Positions 53,640 to 64,000 of a DNA stretch of 64,000 nt are shown here, in pieces (the stretch's first letter is position 1; each line of letters begins with the position of its first letter). The position numbers were made by a program, and so were the translations under genes. This DNA comes from Balanoglossus misakiensis. Taxonomy: Eukaryota; Animalia; Hemichordata. The notes beneath the pieces were generated by a model that was not told the DNA's origin, did no database searches, and saw only the letters and a list, made by a program, of their open reading frames with translations. The stretch covers positions 12,465,129-12,529,128 of the forward strand of contig CM082576.2 in the NCBI GenBank assembly GCA_040954595.2, written 5' to 3'.

Positions 53640-54404
53640 CTTCGACATCTCGACTGACGTCATTCGCGCGATTTCATGTGACGCAAGGATCTGACGACTG
53701 CAAACTCAATACGTAGTTTTCCCCCGATGGCATTATGTTTTTTTATATAAATGTCATTTTTCTTGCAAAGTTTACTTCGGAAAGTCAATCAATTCAAGAA
53801 CACACCATATATATATACTATGTCGCATTCGTTGATATGACAACCAATCACTGAACTTAATGACGTCATAAATTAAGTCCCCCTGTACATTTCCTAAATG
53901 GCGGGTGACGTCACAGTATGAACGTGAAGAGATTTGATTTTTCTTTCAAGAAAGTGGCTTTTCCATCTGAAATTTGATACTTTCCGAAATAGCGTCCATC
54001 ATATATCCACGCCGAAACGTCTATTGTCTTGACCCTCAATTTTATCGTTGGCTACCAGCTATGCATTGATTTGAAAGTTATATATTGTACACTCTTATTC
54101 ACCTCCCACGCATAAACGAACAAATAAACGGAGAAATAAAAAAACGCTTCTTCGTAGCATATATATGGCGAAAATTTCGTTTCGAAGTATTTGCAGAACT
54201 TGATCAATTTGTGCAGGGGTGTAGGAAGTGGCGGGGATTTTTTAATGGCCTTGGGTTACCTACAACTGTTCATCAGTTTCTAACATGCAACTGGGGCTGT
54301 TTCATATGCAAATTTGTAAACACCAATCACCGCCTTCTATTCACTCTTGATTGGAAATGTTATGACTGGCGTTTCTTTCTTGCACCACTCTTTCGCGCTG
54401 AGAG
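53640..54404 (+). promoter_or_regulatory. Putative promoter and non-coding first exon of the SERTAD4-like gene
   Basis: Three perfect CREs TGACGTCA (53655, 53861, 53906), CCAAT near 53844, TATA-like runs, E2F TTTCGCGC (54391-54398), donor GAG|GTAAGC at 54404; matching acceptor TTTTTTTCCACCCATAG| at 54970. Confidence 0.55.
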
Positions 54405-55271
54405 GTAAGCTTCACCGCGCCCGGTGTAAAAATGTCAATGGGCTCCGCTTCCGCGAACACGATACCTGGATAAGTGACGGTTTCCACGGCTCCCGCTCCG
54501 TGCGAGAAAGTGGCGCGGCCCGGGGCGCCAGAAACGAAAATAAACCTGTCGGCTACTGGGAGGAAAGCCAATTAATGTAACAGCACTGTTATCTTTTGTT
54601 GTCCGACTGAATAATGTGGCACGCGTGTGGCCAACTGAACGGCAAATGTAGTGCACAGCTGCTAATTTCTGAATCCACTCACCACTACTAATTTCATTGT
54701 TCTTGGCTCGATCCCGTTGTTGGCTAATATTAGCACAACAAGTTCTTAATTCGCCCAGGAATCTTTCCACCGTATTGATATTATTGCGTACGTACAAGGT
54801 AACATATTGCTCGCATTTAATCATTAATCTAGTGCTTGTTATCTGGCGTTGATTCGACTCTCGCTAAGCCTTTGTGTTGTGTGTGTGGTTTTTTGTCCTT
54901 CATCTAATATCGAGATGTTTCAGGCCCTGATAAAGTGTAACACATTGTCGCTCTTTTTTTCCACCCATAGGGAATCCCCCGTTCCAATCGCATCAGATGG
55001 CGTTACAAGACTAATCTGCGACTTTCCGTGCCGGTTTATCGCTGTAGTGGCCCCTTATCTGATACAGCGGCCAACGAAGCACCCTCCGAAGCCGACAGCG
55101 ATTGAATAGAAATTAGAACTTCGATTCCAACAGCGTTTAAATTTCACGGGAGTGGCTTCAACAAAAAAGAAACTTTCAAAGACGGGCCATGATATCTGGG
55201 AAGACCACAAAAAAGTTGCTGGCGTTCTGAACTTGATGTACTTGACGGTTTTCGACGCCAAGGAAGAAAGA

Positions 55272-57139
55272 ATGACTATGGTAGTTGGCATGACTAGCAT
55301 TTACAATGCATGCGCGTATAACCTTGAGGAACACTGTGCGTTGGGAGTGATGGGTCAACACGAAGCAGACGACAGCGGTGTGAACGGTGACCTATATATA
55401 CCTTACAACGGCGTGTATTTAAACAGCGATAATAACGCCGATTTGTCACCCGAGGACCCGAGTTATGCAAAGGCGCCAGATATAGGTAAGTCAGGTGAAG
55501 CGCAATGAATAAAAAAGCCAGAAAAGGTGGCATATAGCCGACCTTGTTTTTGTAAGGCAGACCCGGAGCGAGAGCCCCCTTACGTAAGAAACATACAAGT
55601 TCCTACATGAGTGGCATGTCTAAAGCTGACCATACCGCATAAAACGGAAACTTGTCGACCGCTTAAATCTAAACGTATCAGCGATTTATTAGATTGAACG
55701 TATAAACGCGTAAAACATTTCGGGATTATTCTCAGAACATTTCCTTCAGAGTTTTTTTTCCCCGTTGGTTTATTGTGTACAATACACCTACGGATTTGGA
55801 ATTCATTGACGTCATCACGAGAGCGCAGACTGTCGAAGTAATAATTCTTGGTGTTGGCGCTGTGCTCACAATGCAATGACAAAGCAAGCCGAACGCTTCA
55901 CATTTGCACTGTAAGAAATTTCTCGCAAAGGGCACAGTGATCCGAGGAAAGGGGATGGGCAAAGAAAATAAAACTGTACAAAACTTCAAAGAAGAGCTAT
56001 ATCAGGGAAACTTCTGAAGTTTCTGTCTCAGACGCAGTAAAGACATTACTTCCTGTGCTTGGGATTATATCATGGGCCAGAATCACGGCTGTATCTTTAA
56101 TACTTTACGATAGAAAAGCCATCAATACACACTTTGTTTTCGCAGTCGGTCATATTGTACGCTATACGTTTCGAGTGGTTGATCTTTGGCCCGCAGTCCG
56201 AACTCCACATTACCGTGGCATGCCACGTAACTGGGGATGGCGCTTCCACGTCACCATGGCAACCGGGCGGCAAAGTTACACGCGAATGCACTTTTCCTTT
56301 TAATTTTATCGTGGATGAAAAAAGTTTGCTCTATTTATGCAGCTGGTTTACACAACTGTACTCATCCGCGTTTCAGAGTGCTTTTTGAAGCGTTCTTGGA
56401 CTCACTTGAACTTTGACCCTAAACGTCCATTGACGCCCTACCCACCTGTATCAGGGAACTATCGGTGTATAGCTATTTTCGTTTATTTACTTAGTTTGGA
56501 GATGACGAAATCTATCGTTTGCGTGTTTCAGGCGATGGCAAGACGGCAGCGATGAAAATTCCCGGTTTACCAACAGACGATGCGGAGGAGGACAACAACC
56601 TGGAAGATTTGAAAGGCGGGAGAAAGAGGAAGTGGGACGACTGTGAAAAGGAAATAGACCACAACTCCATCAACAATTCCACTACAAACTTTGACCGCCG
56701 CCATATTTTCAAGATATCTATTAATAAATTAAACCAAATCGACGACCCGGAACTATTTTTGAGGCGCTCCGTCCTCGTCAACAACATCGTGAAGCGAATA
56801 CAGCACGAGATGAGGGACGAAACACGGAGGCCAGTGGCTAACATTGGGAGACAAAGCATCGTCGAAGATAGGTTGCCAAGGAAACGCATTCACTACTGTC
56901 ATCACTATGACAACCGCATGACGGGAGTCCCCGTACCCTACTATTATATGGAACCCGACATAGAAGAAGAGTCGGCGAAGATAACAGACGACATGACGGA
57001 ACGACTGGTCAACAGTCTGACGGGCAATAACAATATAGAGGAAACAACTGATAAACAAACTAAAGCATCTACGTCAGTAGCTGGCGATCTGGATGGCGTC
57101 TTCTGCAATTTGATTTGTTCCTCCTTGAACGAACACTGA
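55272..57139 (+). CDS. SERTAD4: SERTAD4-like SERTA-domain protein, 273 aa; join(55272..55485,56532..57139)
   Basis: N-terminus MTMVVGM resembles vertebrate SERTAD4 MTLVLSM. Phase-1 intron (ATAG|GTAAGT ... TTTCAG|GC) keeps frame. SERTA domain RKRKW...RRHIFKISINKLNQIDDPELFLRRSVLVNNIVKRI carries the SERTAD4-type IDDPE-LRRSVL signature. An in-frame ATG at 55236 is an alternative start. Confidence 0.87.
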
Positions 57140-57292
57140 TGGCGTATCACTGTAGATTCTCCTTTTTTTCTACAAGAACGGCACAATCAAGATTTCATTA
57201 AAAACACAGAAAAACCTACAAATTAATTTTGGAAATCATTACACCAAACGATTGACGCCTGCTTCCTCATCCCGAAATTCAACGTCTTTTGT

Positions 57293-57298
57293 AATAAA
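57293..57298 (+). terminator. Candidate polyadenylation signal of the SERTAD4-like gene
   Basis: AATAAA ~150 nt after the stop, followed by T-rich sequence. Confidence 0.5.
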
Positions 57299-57484
57299 GA
57301 ATGCATCGACTGATTTATGAATATTCCATTTTTATTATTATTACTGATGTGATTTATTATGACGCTCCATTTTTACTTTGTGGCGAAAAAAATATTCTTT
57401 CAGAATTTGTCAATTCTTTGCTGGTCTCTCCGTAGTTCTGCTACCATCTCTCAGGATCATATTCTGTGTGCCCATCACTCTGGT

Positions 57485-57556
57485 TACTATTGTTATAATT
57501 ATTATTTTTATAATATAATTATTTAATTATTATTATTATTATTACTATTATTATTA
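57485..57556. repeat. Degenerate (TTA)n microsatellite
   Basis: Read directly; core perfect run ~57527-57544. Confidence 0.85.
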
Positions 57557-60506
57557 CCTACCAACAATAACATAACAAAATAATTATATGTCAAACAGTG
57601 ACAAAGTGATTCAACAAAACAAGTTATTAATCCAGTATTTATTTTATAAAAAAATAATAAAAGGTCACAATGCCTGCATGCACAGAGCGATAACTTTCAT
57701 TCCTTTGTCTGGTGACTGGTTCAATGCAATGGGTGTCGTCAAAGCTGGACATCAGCTTATCTGTACCGTTAACCTTTTGTTAGTGTTTTGTAGATAGCAA
57801 ATTTGAGTGTTTGGCTCGGGTGACGAATTACTTGTCATGTTGATGATATGTCAACAGGGACTGGAGTTAATTAGGACCCCGTTATGAGTACACCAAACAA
57901 AATATACAGTAAGCAGCTCTTGCCAACATATCAACACCTCCGTTGTTTGTTCTATGCGAACACTGTCCTCTTAATCTGGGTCGTTATCTACAAAACTTGT
58001 AAGTTGTTTAAAAAGTAAACATAACATACAAGCTACTGTTCACCCTACATGACACCTTCATTAAGTGGTTGGGGGTGATTTTCTGATTGCTTAGACCTGT
58101 GTAGTCGACGTATTCAAAGTGGTGTCGTCCGTCTGATAAGCAAGATAAGGAGAAGATATGATTGACGCATGTATTTGAGTTGCAGCTCAGATTCGGAGCA
58201 GGCCGAGTTTGTCTTGTATGTCCATGGACGTCCATGCATCCAATTAATTCATGAATATAATGAAAGTGACCGGAGAGCAAGCACTTTGATTACGTAATTC
58301 GGACAGTTCATTCCTTGTTGAATTACATAATCGAAATCTGACAACGTTGAATAGCGACGAAAACCGGGTGGAGATTCCTTTTTCCATTTTTCTTCTCAAG
58401 TTCGACGTATGTCCGCGTTCGATTCTAATACCATATGCTGTTGCCAACCTCTGCAACAACAAAGACCCCCACCCCCCAAAAAAGCACATTTTGTTTACAG
58501 TTCATTTTAAAGATTTCAGTCACCTCTGATTTACATATGCCCATATGTTTGTCTGTATCTTCGAATTAGCATGATGTTGTGGTGCACTTTTATTCGCGTG
58601 GCCAGCAAGTAAAATCTGTGGTTGGTTAGGTCTCCGTTTTCCATGTGGCTGAATTTACACAGGTGACGGACGGGTATACTTTAAATCGGATTGGCGGTAA
58701 ATATACCGAGCTTTTGTCACCAAAATCACGATCTCTTTGGTGCGCGTACATACTAGTACATGTAGTTCAATCTTGGTCAACGACAAAAGCCATTTCTTCT
58801 CTTGGTCACAATAAAACGGGTTAATCATCACATCCATTTTATACACATCGTAATTAGTTTCATTAAACCCATCCTGAAGCTGCCTCTTTTTACTTTTTAT
58901 TTACACCAAGAATATTCTAATTTGTCTGGCGTGACGTCTTCATTCCAAGTTTTCAGAAGAAGAAAACATAACCCGTAACCATGTTATCCAGGGACAGCCA
59001 TTATTTTCTCGTCGAACTCTGCAGCAACAGTGATTTGCGTCATGAAAAGTCCTTTTAAACACACGTTTTGAATTTGACTGAATGGTTTTCCCCAAACGGA
59101 GACATTTTCGCCCCAGCGTAAGTTTTTAAATAAAAAGAAGTCTTTTGGAAAATGCTTTGTGTCGTTCACATCGACGAACGCATTTACAATTGTACATGAA
59201 CGTTTCTTTCCATCTATTTTTCAGTAAATAGCCGTAAGCTGATATTTCCATCGACCTGAACTGACTGATTCTGTGTACTTTGATGGAACGGGTGCGATTC
59301 CTCACACACACACATTCAATAGTTTGCCGTTGTGTGCACATCCCACCGTGACGTCACCGCATTTCCCCGCTTCACCCAGTTGCTATAAGTCTATAGGCTA
59401 CAAGAAACCGATGCAAATATGCATGCGTCCAGGCATTTCTACCTGAAGTAATATAGCTTACCCAGAAAAATAAAGTATTCTAGTCGTGTAACTCTAGATG
59501 AGTCACACGCCGTAAAATATAGTAACTGCGCCCCATACTTACCGACAACTGTTTCAGGGTAGGGTATGACAAACTTTGATTAAGCCGTAACTGGGCTAAA
59601 TGCCACGGATGATCCAAGGATATTTAGTCCGATAACACCATCTTGCAATACTGGATAGGGTAATACTACATTGTACAATTATTGGGCGATGGGGAAAATG
59701 TGCATGCCAGCTGTCAATAAATAAGGTATTCGTGGACGTGCGTCCCATTGCGATGACAGACGTCAATGAATTCTACTCCTTTGGATGATTGGCAGTCGGG
59801 AGGTCTGGAATAGCAAATGAAACCAAATTTGTAATGATGATTCATAATTATTCATAATCAGTCCACAAGTGACAGTTTCAGAATGCCGGGGTGGCCCAGG
59901 AACGCGCAAGTAAGACGTTCGGATGTTAAATTTTCGAAAGTTCCCAGGTGCTTAAAAGATCTACGAGTTTATAAGTTAACTGGCATTGAACACAACCTGA
60001 CTGGTCTGATTTTGACGACAGTTATGCCACATTTTCCCCAAAATTTATATATTTGGACAATATTCATAAGGATGGCGGTCTGATATATTTACCATAGAGA
60101 TAATCCCAGAAAGATTACCTGATTGCCACACCGGTCACCTTGGTCCAGAATACGCCAAGATTGTTGGAAAGGGCACCGCGAGCGTTCACTCTGAAACTTC
60201 TTTCGTTTCTCAGGTTTACTGTCCTGAAGGTGTCAGTTGTGATTGACTGTATTGTCACATACCAATTAAATTCAAATGAAATTTGACGAGAGTGCAACAC
60301 CCTATGCCATGTCATGGTTGCCCCTTTCCTTCATAACTATTGAAATTAGTCACCAGTTTATTACACTGTTAAACCCTTTTTGCCTCAGTCTCCTACACTA
60401 ATTAAAGTTTTATGTTCTTTTTGTTAAGTCAGGACACAGACAGAGTCAGTTCTGGCCTAGCAAATGAACAAAACAACTAGAGAGAGATGTGTAGCATTAT
60501 GTAGCT

Positions 60507-60512
60507 TTTATT
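60507..60512 (-). terminator. Candidate polyadenylation signal of the PLEKHH-like gene
   Basis: AATAAA on the minus strand ~1 kb after the stop codon, followed by TC/T-rich sequence. Confidence 0.4.
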
Positions 60513-61550
60513 CAAACATGTACAAAGATGTGTAACATACTGCTTACAAAGTATGGAAAGAGAGAAACTTAGCACATTTATTAAAAGTAAATAATACATC
60601 AGTTTGGTTGTATATATTAAACATCAGGGTGGATTAAAAACTTATCGATTGTATAGGTGTACCCTTTTGATGAAAACTGATGTTTGACCCTTAAACCTAA
60701 CATTCCCTGTCACAGGAGCCTGCCTACAACAGAAAAAGATGGGGGTTTGCTAAATTGAAATTCAGGGGTGAAAATGAAAGGTCGAGGGTTTCTGTCAAGC
60801 ATTGCACTGTCTTGCTCCACCCCTGGGCAAAATACACAAAATGCCCGAGTTGTAATAAAATAAAACAAAAATAGGTTTTTTCACTGATGAAAGGATACGC
60901 AAATAAAAATACTATATAAATTACAAATAAATATGTTTATAGACTAATTTATCTGGATTTTTTTTATAAATATGAACATGTGGGGGAAAAATGCTTTCAA
61001 AATCTTCTAGAGTACTGCAGCTATTTATGACCTTTGACCTGTGACCCTAACCAGAACATGACCTTATAGGTCACCCACACAGAAAATGAGCACACTGGCA
61101 GCGAATACAGAGATCCTCATGACATGATTTCAACAGAAAGATTGTGACCCTGGTTGAGCTGACAGAAGTCACCACCAAGTTGACTTGGTAAATAATTCCT
61201 TTTTTTCTTCTATGTAGACTGTATGAGACTGGAATACATGTTTCTGGAGCAAATTCTTTTTCAGTAAACAACAGTAGAGATAACTCCAAAAACGCATTTT
61301 TCTAAGCAGATGGATGTTCAAGAAGAAAAAAAATACAAACACTGAAACACTAACTAACAAAATTCTGTGATGAAATTTAGCCGTATTCCCTTTTTGTGTG
61401 ATTGTACGGTTGTCATGACTACAACCTGCAGAGTCCACTATGGTAAAATTTTCTCTGGAAAAAATCTGTCATGGATCAGGGTTTCATAAAAAAACATACA
61501 CAAAGATGGCACCAAGTTTGTAGAAATTTGTGCGATTGAGGGGAGGACGC

Positions 61551-64000
61551 CTAGACCTCTTGACGGGTGTCCCTGTTGTAAATTGCATTGATGTAATTTG
61601 ACATGAGGACGGTTATTTCAAGAATCTGTTGGAGAAAAACAAAGAGAGGTACAAGCTTATTAACAGAGAAGTTAGAAGAGAGTCTAGATTAGTGATGCAC
61701 TATTTGGTGTGTCATTAGGAAAGCCATTTGCTCACTCACTCATTCATTCACTCTCTAACTACCCACTTCAATGACAAATGTTAATTGCTCAGCAATAATG
61801 ACATCAGTGTTGTACTGATATAAGAGGTGATTACAGACCAAAGGAGTGGTCATTATAGTAATAAGCATACACAGCACAGTTTCACAGTGGTACCTTGACT
61901 GAGAATTGAAATTGTAAATAGATAATATTCAGATACATTCAGTTGGTGTTCTAAGTGTATAGTTGCAATATTTTTTACACAAGAAGGCACACACATTGTA
62001 AGTGTGATGTTGTTGATTTTTCAAAATCATCACTGCTTTCTGGCCAACGTGTGTTCAATGTTGGCAAACTGACAGATGATTCTGCATACCTTGGGTGTTG
62101 TCATGGTGAAGAGCAACTTGACTGTACTGCTACTGGCCTGATCCCCTTTACTGAGCACAATCATGAAGTCGTCACGGCAACCTCCGAAGGTTACGACTGA
62201 TTTGTAACTATGCGACTCCAACAGTTCCTAGAGGAGGACATAAAACATAACTGTCAGGCCTGAGCAGTGGTGAAGTGTTGTATTTGATCAACAAATATGA
62301 TGGATTCGCAGAAAGTAATGATAGCCATACGAAAATACGCTGGATGAAGATGGTGGAAAATATTCACCACATTTACTTCCTGGGTCAAAGTTGACATTTT
62401 GTCTGTTCAGCAAATAAAGCCATACACTGAAACAGATTATGTCCATCCTTGACCTAGCGCGATTTAAATACAAAAATTGTTTTTTGGACCCCTCAACTTT
62501 GACCATCTCTATCCAGAGAACAAAAGTAAAATGACTGACGTACCATACTATTGTACTCCAACAAACTAATCCCATCATCCTTCACTGCCAGCCAGACCTG
62601 TTGTTGATTACCATGCTTGCACTACAGGGTAAAGAATCAATGATGGAAAGGTTATATTGGATCATATTTTACCATAGATGATGAGAACTTCCACAAAGGA
62701 GGATCTAAACATCCACAATTCAAAGAAATCCCATTAATTCTAACTTGACTAATCGTACATCCTTCACTTTAGGGAATTTCATGAGCTCTAAATTGTCAAT
62801 TCCTGAGTATGTTTAACACAGGCAACTGAATTGTTCGGATATTCTCTGGTTTCATACTTTCACTAGATGCAAGATCTCAAAGTCAGGGTACAGCCATTAA
62901 TTTAGACATGGCTTTTTAAATCAAAGAATTCTACAATGCTATCAGTACTGCTCAAAATTAAAACAATAATCAGACAATGTCACTATTTTCTGCTGTCACT
63001 ATACTTGTCATCCTCTCTGACCAAATCTTACCTTAGCAACAAACAGCTGGGCTCCATAAAATGGCCACTTCCGTAGTACTGCTAGATAAAGTCTCACACA
63101 TTCTTGTAAAGTTCGCCCACTCAGATCTGACCATTTCTCTGTTAGTTTCTTCTCTAAATGCCTGAAACAGACAACATTCAATTGTTTCAATAATTGACAG
63201 ATTAAACACAGATTCGCTAAAATCTAAAGATGTTGAAAGAGCTTCCTCCATATTTAATGTTAAACGTTACCGTTATCATTTTGGTGATTTGTACATGTAT
63301 CATTACATTTTACTATTTGTATTGCATATTATTGTTACAACTTACTTTTTGCTTTCTGCTGGTAAATCTTTATACCTTTGCGGACAGAATGTCTCCAGAA
63401 TGCCACCTGCGTTCTTATTTCCAGGTTTGAATTCACCATGTTCAATCTGCAGGGAGAATTCAGCAATCAATGTTCCTGAGTGTTCTAACTCAATCAAATC
63501 AATGTAAATGTTGAACAGTGTGGGGGGAAATAGGATGGGATGTATCGTAAACAGTAAAAAAAAATTCTTCTGAGAAATCAATATGCCTGTTATTAGAAAT
63601 GCCTGTTTACGATACACTGGAATAATACAGACGATGAAATCAGGCCCTCCATAGAAATTATGTGTAGAGCATCCAAAACCCAAGTAAAGCACGTGTTAAA
63701 CACATAGTGTGACATCCAGCCTACTAAGTACAGCCGAAAATGCTTTATAGTAGAGCATAATTCTGTATAGTTTTACGTCTGATTATTTGGAAATGAAGGA
63801 GCATATATCATGGGGTAAGGAGGGGCTACAGATCTGGTTGGGGTATAGAGGAAGGTTGGGGAAGGGGACTATGGATGGGGTGAGACAAGGGACACAAGAC
63901 AGGGTGAGAGAGGGGACTATACATATCAGACATCAGTATACCTGGCACATGAGTGATGTCAGCTCCAGCATGAGTTCCTTGTTGACCGGAAATCGTCCTG
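61551..64000 (-). CDS. PLEKHH1: 3' part of PLEKHH1/2 (MAX-1)-like PH-MyTH4-FERM protein; complement join(63942..>64000,63346..63446,63032..63161,62544..62621,62090..62227,61551..61625)
   Basis: Six GT-AG-bounded exons in consistent phase encode GRFPVNKELMLELTSLMCQ / IEHGEF...FCPQRYK / HLEKKLTEKWSDLSG...YLAVLRKWPFYGAQLFVAK / VWLAVKDDGISLLEYNSM / SYKSVVTFGGCRDDFMIV...LLFTMTTPK / ILEITVLMSNYI...RQEV*, matching the PLEKHH FERM C-lobe. Co-ortholog of PLEKHH1/2; 5' part lies outside the window. Confidence 0.9.

Noticed and set aside
63810-63920. G-run-rich intronic segment (possible G-quadruplex)
   Set aside because: Irregular low-complexity purine tract with long loops; G-rich strand is antisense to the PLEKHH pre-mRNA; no further support.
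1-64000. CRISPR arrays, tRNA/rRNA genes, autonomous transposase or reverse transcriptase ORFs, prokaryotic operons
   Set aside because: None seen; the window is intron-containing animal DNA and the remaining short ORFs are consistent with chance.

Overview
Eukaryotic (metazoan, probably marine invertebrate) genomic DNA: AT-rich, with GT-AG introns and no prokaryotic features. Five protein-coding genes can be built by hand. (1) A class A GPCR with a single coding exon (+, 11014-12429). (2) Aftiphilin/AFTPH (+, 7 coding exons, 16093-30409, 889 aa). (3) A SERTAD2/CDCA4/taranis-type SERTA gene (-, 40982-41857). (4) A SERTAD4-type SERTA gene (+, 55272-57139, 2 coding exons), transcribed divergently from gene 3. 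(5) The 3' end of a PLEKHH/MAX-1-type FERM gene (-, 61551 to beyond 64000). Mobile or repeated DNA comprises a 179-bp TA-flanked Tc1/mariner-type MITE, a young 554-bp foldback element with 232-bp TIRs and a 9-bp TSD, and a perfect 49-bp inverted duplication. The most notable observations are the head-to-head pair of two SERTA subfamilies within a CpG-rich region carrying 7 perfect CRE palindromes plus CArG, AP-1 and E2F sites (immediate-early-like locus), the AFTPH-SERTAD2 adjacency also seen in human, and a candidate 18-nt neural-type microexon in AFTPH. All calls were made by eye from the sequence and remembered family motifs; no searches were run.
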